Of a DNA stretch of 64,000 nt, positions 50,515 through 61,700 are shown piece by piece. The stretch covers positions 184,371 through 248,370 of the forward strand of contig NW_002060959.1 of the NCBI RefSeq assembly GCF_000150275.1. Direction: 5' to 3'. The translations under genes and the position numbers were made by a program. Origin of the DNA: Trichoplax adhaerens. Lineage: Eukaryota; Animalia; Placozoa. The notes below the pieces were generated by a model that saw nothing but the letters and a program-made list of their open reading frames with translations, was not told where the DNA came from and searched no databases. The number at the start of each line of letters is the position of its first letter. Position 1 is the stretch's first letter.

Positions 50515-52011
50515 ATGTCTATCCTCGTTGTTACCCTGACACTGATCATCGGCTATTTAGCTATTGTATTCATCCAAAAGAGAAAAGCCATAGTACAGCA
50601 CCTCCGTATTCGAAGGGCTTTAGAACAATTTCCATGCCCTCCAAAACATTGGTTGTTAGGCAATTTAGTACTGCTGGGAAAGCCAGATGAAAGACATATC
50701 CAACTGAAGGAGCATTACGTTAAAAGTTTTAAGACTTGTAGCGTTTATTGGCTGTCTATATTTCCTATTTTATCCATTAATCATAGCAAAGCTGCAAAAG
50801 CGATTATAAAAGCATCGGTGCCCAAAGGAAGTTGGATATATGCGTGGGTTAGACCTTGGCTTGGACGAGGATTAATATTCGAAAATGGTAACAGATGGAA
50901 GAGAAATAGGAGATTATTAACTCCTTCATTTCATTACGAACGACTTCAATCTTATTTAACTGTTTTCAATCAATGTACTGACACTATTATCCAAAAATGG
51001 ACAGAACGGAGTCAAAATAACCAAAGTTTTAATGAGTTCGAAGATTTAACGCTACTATCATTCGATTCCCTTTTGCAATGCGCCTTTTCAGTTAAGATTC
51101 ACTGTCAAACAAGTGGTAAAAATCACCCTTATGTGGCCGCGATACACAGATTGACTCGGTTGATTACTGATCGAGCATTTACATTGCTTCATTATATCGA
51201 ATGGATCTATCGGTTATCTTCCAAAGGTCGAGAATTTTCTCAACTCTGCCATTTTGTACATCAATTCGTAGAAGAGATTATTGAAAAGAGAAAAAAAGAA
51301 TTAGAAAACCAAGAGCAAAATAATCGAAAAGAACACTATGATTTCTTAGATGTTCTATTAACAGGACGCGATGAAGATGGCAATGGTTTAACAGTTCAAG
51401 AAATTCGCGATGAAGTGGATACCTTTATGTTTGCAGGCCATGATACTACTGCCAGTGCACTCAGTTGGACATTTTATTGCTTGGCAAAATATCCTCATTA
51501 TCAAGAAAAAGTTCGCCGCGAGGTTGATGTCTTTATGAGCCATAAAAATGACGTTGAATGGAATGATTTATCCGAAATGAATTATACCACTATGTGTATA
51601 AAGGAGGCTTTACGCTTGTATACTGTTGTGCCTGTTGTAGAAAGGAGAATGGACCAAGACATGATCATTGATGGTAAATTGGTTCCTTCTGGCACTATTA
51701 TCAATCTTGAATTATATTGTATTTGTCATCGTGAGGAGAGTTGGCCTAATCCTAACGACTACGACCCGGATCGTTTTTCTATAGAAAATATAAACAATCG
51801 CGACGCATTTGAATATTTACCATTTTCGGCTGGCCAAAGAAATTGCATAGGCCAACAGTTTGCTATGAACGAAATCAAAGTAGTCGTTGCTAAAATAATC
51901 CATCACTTTTACTTGGAGATTGATCCGAATTACGATGTTAAGCCCTATCATTCTATTGTAAATCAAACTGAAACTGGATTATGGATTAAGGCCAAGAAAA
52001 GATATTTTTAG
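50515..52011 (+). CDS. Cytochrome P450, CYP4 clan (copy 2), single coding exon
   Basis: Motifs PCPPKHWLLG, WKRNRRLLTPSFH, EVDTFMFAGHDTT, KEALR, PDRF and PFSAGQRNCIG. The ORF-track start at 50503 is TTG; the first in-frame ATG is 50515. Possible 5'UTR intron (donor gtaagc at ~50291). Confidence 0.95.
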   Translation: MSILVVTLTLIIGYLAIVFIQKRKAIVQHLRIRRALEQFPCPPKHWLLGNLVLLGKPDERHIQLKEHYVKSFKTCSVYWLSIFPILSINHSKAAKAIIKASVPKGSWIYAWVRPWLGRGLIFENGNRWKRNRRLLTPSFHYERLQSYLTVFNQCTDTIIQKWTERSQNNQSFNEFEDLTLLSFDSLLQCAFSVKIHCQTSGKNHPYVAAIHRLTRLITDRAFTLLHYIEWIYRLSSKGREFSQLCHFVHQFVEEIIEKRKKELENQEQNNRKEHYDFLDVLLTGRDEDGNGLTVQEIRDEVDTFMFAGHDTTASALSWTFYCLAKYPHYQEKVRREVDVFMSHKNDVEWNDLSEMNYTTMCIKEALRLYTVVPVVERRMDQDMIIDGKLVPSGTIINLELYCICHREESWPNPNDYDPDRFSIENINNRDAFEYLPFSAGQRNCIGQQFAMNEIKVVVAKIIHHFYLEIDPNYDVKPYHSIVNQTETGLWIKAKKRYF

Positions 52012-53941
52012 CTTTGATGCTAGCTGTATCGATGATGAACATTAACCTAAATCTATTCCTTGTAATAAAGACTATTGCACTTATGATATTAATGCTACTG
52101 CCTGTGATAACAGTCGTAATATTAGTTATGGCTTAAACTGTTTGAAAATTGTGATATATTTACGGTATTTTTTAAGCAGTGAAGTATGAAATTTATAAGC
52201 TTTAAATTTGGTTTATAGGATGTATGCAGAATTACATTAATTTTAAGAGCAGCTAAGATAGTTGATAATTAGCGCAAAATTGGCATGTACGCGAATCTTT
52301 TTCATTAATGTGCAAAATTCATAACATTTTAAGATCATTGTGCAAAGAATTCGCAAGGATTACATAATTTTTAGAACGATGCTTTTGGAAGAGTACTTGA
52401 AGTTCAGATATTTATCATCAATCTGTATTACATTCTCGTTTTTAAACGATAACTGTCAAAAATTTTTGATGATAATCTTTTATTCTGTATTGATCTACGG
52501 TACCCTTTATAGAAAAATTTTGATGCTGGTACTGTTCTTATCAAAATTTTATTTAATTGAAGTATAATAATATAGGGCAGCAACAATCAGATAAAGAGCA
52601 TTGTCGCCTGCAATTATAATTAGAAGCATTGCCTTTATCAGTTAAGCTAATTGTCTAGATATTCTAAATAAGAAGGCTAAATTTTTATCAATTATTATAA
52701 AAATACTAATCAGTTTATTGCATGCTCTTGTAGTGGAATCTGATTTTGCAGTGTTTTGCAAGAGATTATAATAGCCTAATGAATTAGCTAAGTCCTATTA
52801 TCTGGTTTATCTTGGCTATCTTCGAATGTTTTCATAGTAAGGTGAAATCAGCTGTTAAGTACTTGTTGGTCGTACTATTAAACGTGTTTTGCATAACTCC
52901 AATAAAACTTTAAAATTTGAAGGCGATGTACACCGTAATTTGGCTATCATTCCAATGACATAGAATAGCTTTTGCTAACTTTAGTAAACAGAATAAATTT
53001 GATAGGATTTAACTAAGGTAGGTCTTTCATGTCTATAATGGTTTAAATTTGATAACATTGCTAATAGTACATACTTAGTATAGTGTTTATTTCTAAATAC
53101 GGTATAGTCTATTTCTAGTAAAAGTATTAGTTTTCACCGGATTGTAGCATAATTCTAAGACTGCAACATAGCACTAAATATGTATGATCTATATTTAACA
53201 ATTTACTCTTAGGAAATATCTTGCACTCTAGCTAGTATATACTGAAGCACTAGCTTAACATAGAACTAACCTATTTTCATGAATCAGTCAGGCCTATAAA
53301 TAGTTTCCTCCTGCTGTGCTCCTAACATTATAAAAGCTATCTTCTTTCGTCTGTCTCGTTAGTTAGTTCTGGTAGCTACACAGTAAGCTTGCACGCTTTG
53401 CCAATTCTACACTATTATAGTTATTCGACTGGTCACGTCGTTACTTGTACAATAATTTTACATCATTATTCTCTTACACTAACTCAATACAGGTTACTCT
53501 TCCTTTAACTATTCTATTATACTTTATTGCAACATATGTCAAACTTTCAACTTTCCAAAACATCACTCTTAGGAAACTGATAATCTGAATTCGTTATAAT
53601 TCTCGTCGAAAGATATATGATAATCTCAAAGCTAACTTCATCACTTTATAGTCAACATGATAGTTCTATTTTATTGATCATACAATTAATGTTTAAAGAA
53701 TGTATCAAAATTCTTTAGAAGTACCAATCAATAGTATTATATACTACGCTATATTTGCTAGATTATACGATGCAATACTTTATACAGTGTCAGTCAGTTA
53801 TAGTACAGTTGCGATTGCTTTTGTGTGTTTATGCTAATTCAGTAATACTTACAGTTAGTGCGTTACAAATTGTTCTTGTCACAGGTTACAAAATAATACT
53901 TGTGGTTGAATATTATTAGTGTTTTACATGTGTTAATTCTT

Positions 53942-54080
53942 CGTTGTAATGGTGTATTATGCTGCATACACTAGCGAATTCACTGTTATACAAACTTGAG
54001 TGTGAATGGCGTACGTATATAAGCCGCCGCTTTTCAATAAAATAAACAGAGAATAGGAGTTAGTAGTTAACTTTACAACA
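53942..54080 (+). mobile_element. Short solo-LTR-like element
   Basis: Termini (c)GTTGTAA...TTACAACA are inverted. TATATAA at 54016, AATAAA at 54036/54041, flanks tctt/actt (a target-site duplication with 1 mismatch). Confidence 0.35.
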
Positions 54081-54517
54081 ACTTTAACTACACGTACAAT
54101 CTTTTGTCTTCCTAGCTGATGGAAAGTAGTACAAACCTTACAATATGATTGTTAGTATTAACTCCAGATAGTAATACACAACAAATAGCTCTACTGCGGT
54201 ATAATGCAAGAATTGATTGATATTCATGGCGAGAAATAAAGGTAACAAACTCCTTATCTATCCATTACTTTAAGTCATGTTTGCAATCAATCCACGTAAA
54301 TGGTACCTAACTCAACAAAAAGCTCCAATCCATGATAGTGTAAATAGATATCGTTTTATTCAGAATTTAATACTTCAGCGTAGTAATTACACATACGTAG
54401 GCAGACCACATTGTAAGGCATTTTAATTTTTTTATCATTTGCAATTAGTCTACATATCATTGCTCTCTATCACATTGTAATAAAAGTATTTCACAAATAA
54501 TAGTCTTAGTAAAAGGC

Positions 54518-54675
54518 TTTTATTGCAAGCTTTAAAAATAGTAGAGCAATAATTAATTACTGTAAGAATCTAATCCAAAGTATCGTGAGCTCAAGGTGAA
54601 ATGAGATCTCTAATGTGAGCTCATCTCCGCAATTCTTGAATACATTTCGTTTAATCCATTTATGACGACATTCTA
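54518..54675. repeat. Dispersed repeat, copy 2 (copy 1 at ~23717-23872)
   Basis: Same orientation as copy 1, with the shared 21-mer and collinear downstream blocks. Confidence 0.8.
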
Positions 54676-56906
54676 AATTACAATCAGACTTGAATCAACT
54701 TAAACCTTATCCTTTTTTGAAATATATCATCATCACGTTCTATAATCCAAATCAATTTACTTAAAAGTACCACTACTCTTCTACTAGTATTCAGCACGTT
54801 CAGTGTTGAGTATTTTCACAATTATAGTATATCAGGTCACATAAATCTTGTACTATAATTAGTGAACTGGCTAATATTAGTCATAAACAACCTCTAGTAT
54901 AGTAGCTAGCAATCATCTACTATAGTATTAGCATCCTAGAAATATCTATTCTTTATAGCCTAAATAAATGAAATATAGCTACCAACACAATCAAATATAT
55001 CTATCATTATACTAAAATATAATTGTATCATTATACCGTATAACATAATACTATTTTATACTTACTATTTATGGTTAGTCTAACCTTGAACTACTAGAAG
55101 ATCTTATTCTAGTCCATGATTTAGCTTATGCAAATGAAGAAGGTGGGTAAAGTGGGAGGCGGCAGCGGACTTAATAACTGAAGAGGATTGAGGGATACTA
55201 ACTGGCCTGTAATATACCAGATACGTGCTTTACTCTTTTACCTACAGTAGTACTGCATAGTAGTCCCTACTGGTTCAATAACGGTACATTCCGGAACTGA
55301 TAGTACCGTAACATGCCGAAAGACCGTTATCTATTTATTTACAATTTCTGCTAGCTTTGCAAGCCAATGCTGATGCTATTTCTTGCCGAATTATAACCAA
55401 ATCCATATAAAATTGCAAGCTATTGGCTCACAATCAATAACTGGTCGTGATACTTCGCACACTTATCTACTACTCGTGAATAAACTATTTCAGTATACTA
55501 CTATATTTTACTCGTACACACGCCAATATACCCTGTATATAATATTAAGGCTGTGATTCAGTAAATACTAAATAACCGAGCGTAGACCTGTTAGAATCAA
55601 ACAAAGATATACATTAGTAAATCTGGAATAGCGGTATGAATTCTAAAATGGTAGAGACATAAATGTTGACCTATTCCACTAGCTTTCACAAATTTATAAT
55701 TCAGTGTGATACAGATTTACGAATTAATTAGCTAGCATAGACGTATACAACAGGAAGAAAACATAGATATTCCTTCTACTTATTATCGGAAATTAAAGTA
55801 CGTGTCTTACATACTTTTCTATCTTGTTATTTATATCTTTATTTATCCATCCATCTATTGACTTAAGGGTACACATCAATCTGTCTATTCATATTATACT
55901 TGTATAATATGTAAAAGTATCTACGTAATTTTACAGCATTCAATATTCATCAATGCACCATTGATACAAATCTTATGATTTTCATTTGTATGTTGATTTC
56001 TTGTACTCAATTTATACCACTATTAAAGCTTTCCACTACCTATATTTATTTCGTTTTTACCAAGCCATAGAATTTATATCTAGTAGAAATTAAATTTTGG
56101 ATAACATATAAACTTCAATGTCTTATCAAATGATTTGCGGTTAGCAGATTTACCGTCGATACATCAGGTAAAGCAATACTTTAAACTATAGCTTCAGCCA
56201 TATAACCACCAATAGCAATTTAACTAACATTAGGTTTATGTGAGTGTTTACATAATGTAAGACTACGACGGAAGTAATTCCATCATCAGTGAAACCCGTA
56301 TTATTAATACAAAATATTTAGGGCAAATGGAACGAAACCTAACTTAGCGCCGCTATCACAACATACTTTCAAATAAACCCACAAATGTATCTACCTATAG
56401 TAAACTTCATCGATATTTTCAATACTATAATATCATAGATAAAACTACCAATCAGTATTCATGATTCATTACATATTCTATTATAATTATAAAATCATTC
56501 AAAAATCTAATAAAAATTTATATTGTAGATCTGGAACGGTTAAACTACTTCCCTTATTTGTTCATATACGCTCATAATATCATTTCAAGCACCGGTAACA
56601 CTTGACCAGTCGTAGCAAATATTATTTTTATTATATATGTTATCATTCTGCATACGTATGAGGCAGAAAAGCAAATATAGCACATACGTCATAAAGGTAT
56701 AACTATAAATAAAATAATAGAAATAAATGTTTATCCACTCAACCAGCTGTAAAAATTACCATAACTAAGAGTGATATGGATAGGCAGACCCAATAAACAT
56801 ATGCGATAAAAGATTGTACATTCAAGGAAACTACTCTTACATTCTAACTCTCTTCTAATTCAAGTTTTAAGTTGAACTACTGGTTTGTAAATTTGTGGAG
56901 CTTGTC

Positions 56907-58421
56907 ATGCTATCCTGGATTGAAGCAATATTCACTATTGTAATTGCATTCATCGTAATCATCGTTATAAGGAATAGAGGAGATATTATACAATATTTTA
57001 GAATATGGAAATCACTTCGAAAATTTCCATCACCTCCATCACATTGGCTAATGGGCCATTTGTTACAGCTTGGTAAACCTGATGAGGCTTGCATTCAAAT
57101 GCTCGAGAAACGTTGTCCCAGTTATGATACGTGCTTTGTCCATTGGTTTAGTATTTTCCCCGTTCTTTGTTGTAACAACAGTGATGCAGCTAAAGATATC
57201 ATTAAAGCATCGTCACCTAAAGGTAGCTGGTTTTATAAGCTGGCTACACCGTGGCTGGGGCATGGATTGATTGCAGAAAATGGTCCTAGATGGGCAAGGA
57301 ATAGAAGATTATTAACACCAGCATTCCATTACGATATTTTAAAGAATTATGTACGAATTTACAATGATTGTATAGATACCATTATTACCAAATGGAAAGC
57401 CCGAGATGATAAAGGAGAAAGCTTTGACACTTATGAAGACCTGAAATTGTTAACACTTGATGTTATATTACAAACTGCTTTTTCCATAAAGTTAGATTGC
57501 CAAACAATAGGTAAATATCATCCCTACATCACGGCGTCAAGGCAGCTAACGCGCTTACTTCTAGAACGAGTTCACTTTTTACCTTATTCATTCGATTGCA
57601 TTTATCGATGGAGTCCAAGCGGTAAGAAGTTTTTGAAACTTTGTCATTACGTAAACCAATTTTCTGATGAAATCATTAGCAGGAGAAAAGAAACATTAAC
57701 GAATAATAATATAAATCAACAAAGCAGTCAAAATAGGCGAGGGAAGCATATGGATTTTGTAGATATATTATTACAAACACGCGATGAAGATGGATATGGT
57801 TTAAACGTTCAAGAAATTCGAGACGAAGTCAACACATTTATGTTCGCTGGCCATGATACAACATCGAGTGCATTAGCTTGGACACTCTATTGCTTAGCTA
57901 AATATCCACAACATCAAGATAAAGTTCGAGAAGAAGCCGACGGGATTTTATGCGATAAAGATAATATAGATTACGATGATCTACATAAACTAAACTATAC
58001 TCACATGTGCATTAAAGAAGCTATGCGAATATATACACCAGTACCTACTATAGAAAGAAAGTTAAATCAAGATTTGACAGTCAATGGTATGCTGGTTCCA
58101 GCAAGTACAACTGTATTTTTACAACTTCATACCTTATGTCGAAGATCAGAAGTATGGCCTAATCCATATCAATATGATCCGCAGCGATTCACAGCTGAAA
58201 ACATTCAAAATCGGGATCCGTATCATTATATACCATTCTCCGCTGGCCAACGTAATTGTATTGGCAAAAATTTTGCTACAGACGAGTTAAAAATTGTTGT
58301 TGCTAAACTTGTCCATCACTTACAGATAGAAATTGATCCGAAAATGCAACCAACGCGTTATTATGCTATGGTAAATCAGCCAGATAAGGGAATATGGCTT
58401 AAAATTAAGAGACTTAAATAA
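56907..58421 (+). CDS. Cytochrome P450, CYP4 clan (copy 3), single coding exon
   Basis: Motifs PSPPSHWLMG, WARNRRLLTPAFH, EVNTFMFAGHDTT, KEAMR, PQRF and PFSAGQRNCIG. The ORF-track start at 56895 is GTG; the first in-frame ATG is 56907. Confidence 0.95.
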   Translation: MLSWIEAIFTIVIAFIVIIVIRNRGDIIQYFRIWKSLRKFPSPPSHWLMGHLLQLGKPDEACIQMLEKRCPSYDTCFVHWFSIFPVLCCNNSDAAKDIIKASSPKGSWFYKLATPWLGHGLIAENGPRWARNRRLLTPAFHYDILKNYVRIYNDCIDTIITKWKARDDKGESFDTYEDLKLLTLDVILQTAFSIKLDCQTIGKYHPYITASRQLTRLLLERVHFLPYSFDCIYRWSPSGKKFLKLCHYVNQFSDEIISRRKETLTNNNINQQSSQNRRGKHMDFVDILLQTRDEDGYGLNVQEIRDEVNTFMFAGHDTTSSALAWTLYCLAKYPQHQDKVREEADGILCDKDNIDYDDLHKLNYTHMCIKEAMRIYTPVPTIERKLNQDLTVNGMLVPASTTVFLQLHTLCRRSEVWPNPYQYDPQRFTAENIQNRDPYHYIPFSAGQRNCIGKNFATDELKIVVAKLVHHLQIEIDPKMQPTRYYAMVNQPDKGIWLKIKRLK

Positions 58422-58742
58422 TTATACCGCGAATAATTCGCTCTAAGTACGATCTTAGCCGCATTTCTTATGGTTTGATATCAAATAAATAACTACTGGT
58501 CAAGTCTCGATAGCTATTAGCCCGAGTTCTTCAAGATCGAATACTTCCAATATGTTGGCCACTTACGAAGAAATTTTAAAAAATTTACAACGCATAATTT
58601 CAAAATTAGATTTCAACAAATTTTTATTAGTTATTTTCTGACATTACAACAAATGAATATAGAAATTTTTTCGTATTATTTATCTAATACCAATCTTAAA
58701 ATAATTGCATAAATTTGAATATCGATTAAGTAGTTGCAATAT

Positions 58743-61700
58743 TTATGACCGTTTCTTTCGTCTCCTTTTTGTACTACGATCACGAACTTCTTCTTCCAAC
58801 CTATGTTCATGTGATGTATTTAGGGCGTGACCAGTTTCTTTTATATGCTGAAATAATTTATTGCGCGTTGAAAATACTTGCATGCATTTATTACACTTTA
58901 TTTGTATAGCAGTTTCTTCACTATGTTCTTCCTGTATTAGATAAGACATAGTTTAGAATCAGAATTTTCGAAGTGATAAAAGTACTTTCTTATGCGTGAG
59001 AAAATAAGCTTGTCGATATTAATCTGAAACACTTTTGACGATGAAATTTGACTGCTACCTTTTCGTTCGCCGCCTCGGCTCCTCTACGAGCTTTTCGAGC
59101 TTCCTTAGCCTTTTTTCCTTTTAATTTCTTTGCCTTTGTAGTACTATGTAATAACCAATGATAACATAATTGATAAATTTTCATGCAGATAGAAGACAAT
59201 CCCTGTAAATAGGTGTTTAGCTCACCTTCCAATTTCCGCAGAAGTATTCACATTATCAGTTTTATCTTCGGCTTCTAGAATAGGTTGCGAATCATCTTTG
59301 TCTTCCATTATTTCGCCGTGTGCCGCAGTAGACTCCTTAAACATCTAATTAAAACTCTCTAATTTAATAATTACTTATATTATTCTATACTCTACTCAAT
59401 ATCAACTACAAAATAAAGTGATACGATTTATAAATTAATTTAAGATAAATAAAACCAGATAGTAGCGCCATCGCATAAAAACTTCAGAAATAATTTCATC
59501 AATGCAGCTGACTGCTCTCTGACCTGATCCTGTCTTCGTTTCTTTTTCCGTTGTTTCTTAGATAGACTACATTTAAATTTTAAAGAAACAAAAAAAATAA
59601 ACACAAAAGAGTAAATTATATATTCGATAATTACTAATGCCATTAAGACAGATACAAATAGTAACAGCTACCCTGATTTCATACAGTTTATCAACGCACT
59701 TCTCGATAAGCATCTAGCTATTTTGATGTAAAGTATTAAGTTACCTAACTTTCGACATTTTCGTAACTATATCATCATTTTCACTTCCTTCCGTGGACCT
59801 GTTAGAACTTTTACATGACTTAAACATTAGCATAAGCACATAAGCCGTAAATGAATTATAAAACTGAGTAAAACCATTGGTTACAGATGAGCATATGCAT
59901 CAATGTTATTCAATAATGACTACTTATTATCGTCTTCAATTTATACCTTACCTTAAATTTGGCACTTTATCCAATAATTTCTCATCGTCACTCAGATCCT
60001 TGGATCTGGCGTAGTTTATTTCAGTAAAAATGATTTATGTTTAGTCAATTTAATACAACATTTACGGCACGGTTATTTCATTTCTAAAAACCTTGCATCT
60101 GGCGCACTAGTTGAATCATTTGTTAATTCAAGTGCTTCGGTATCTGATAAACAAGATTGCAGTCATTTATGTCAGGCAATGGTACAGCTATGCTAAGTAT
60201 TTAAGCCGGCTAAAAATAAACCATTTGTTTGTTTATGTTACCACTTTGCTCATCAGCAAATATCGCATCCTCTTCTTCTAATTCATCTACAAGCAATGCC
60301 AGTAATTCCTGATGCTTCCGTGATCTTTCGTGATTTCGAAAGCTATGAGATAGAAGAGTATACTTCACCTGTGATGATATTTTAACCTTAAAAAATTGTA
60401 CGACATATACCTCATAAATGACTTACGCCTTAATAGTTTTAAAGAATTTATTGCATACAATGCAGTTATAGCCATCGCCCGCAACGTCGCTACCAGCTGC
60501 CAAATCAGGTTATGAAATCGATTTAATGTAAGCACAAATTTAAAACAAACTTTCTATCGATATTATGATTGAGAGATTGAAAGAACTTACAACTATCATC
60601 ATTTCGCTTTCCTCCGCCAAACTCATCATCAAGAGCTGACTCAATATCCACGAAGTCCTGCAGGAAATCCATTCGCAAACATTACAATACTAACTACAAA
60701 TTTCAATCAATAGAGAAGGAAACTGTTGGCGATGAATATACCTTCTCAGATGTAGCAGTCCATTCTTGCTCTTGATATGCCTTTGAAAGTCTTCCAGAGG
60801 TCAAATAAGCAAATTTAAATATAATTCATAATTACAAGTATAGACATTACTTTTGCAATACAGAATAGTTTATTTACTCTGCTTTTCGTCTCTTCTCTTC
60901 TAATTGCTTTTTCTTGAAGGCCTCTTCCTTTTCTAGTCGTTGTTTTTTCATAAGTTCCTATGTTTCCGAAATAAATAACTGTAAAGGTACTATCGCAGGC
61001 AATAATGAAACGTACAGAAACCTATGAGCAATTCAATAAACGAATACTATTTCGGCTGTATACCAAATGTGCTTTAACTCTCTTATCTCGTTTCCTCAAA
61101 TAAGCAACAAGTTCCTAAGTTAGGACGAAACGTTACATTCTATTTAGGTATAGAAAGTAGTTAATTAAGACCAACATTAAATCTCCTTATTATAATTACC
61201 CTAATATTTTCATTGCGCTCCTTTCGAGCAGCATCTCGTAACTTTTTATTTTCTTTTTCCATTAAGCGTTGTGTTCTTCTATTCGGTGCCTTGATAGCAT
61301 TTTATAATTTCATATTTTATTACTTTTAAGGATGTTAGAAGTCACATCGTGACAGTAATTAATTGCTAAATAAAAAATAATAATATAAACGTTTATAGAC
61401 CAGCGAATAGACTATTTACCTGCCTAGTGTCGTATTCTTCCAGCCACACAAAAGAAAATGCACTGCTATAACTTTGCCAGTAAGCATAAAATACGCGAAC
61501 AACCTATGCATTATAGAGTAATAGATTCGTATAATCTTTATCACCTGTAACCCTAATAGATCATGGCTAAAATCAGTAGTAAGGCAAAGAGATTTAATGA
61601 TTTACAACTATACCTCATCATAGTCACTGTTGGAAAATCCTGTATTACCAAAAGTGCCATTAATAAAACATTTTTTAGAAATAAATACAACTATTAGTGT

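Noticed and set aside
6129-52567. Other 60-81-aa ORFs (6129, 10054, 16343, 21896, 21972, 23862, 32480, 41807, 41980, 44279, 47835, 48744, 52340)
   Set aside because: I/L/F/Y/K-rich composition expected from random AT-rich DNA, often non-ATG starts, no motifs.
46223-58290. Short ORFs overlapping the P450 genes (46223, 56867, 57070, 58084)
   Set aside because: Alternative-frame or antisense by-products of the P450 coding sequence.
58743-59643. Three short minus-strand ORFs treated as separate genes
   Set aside because: Each is a DNAJC21 exon plus intron read-through.
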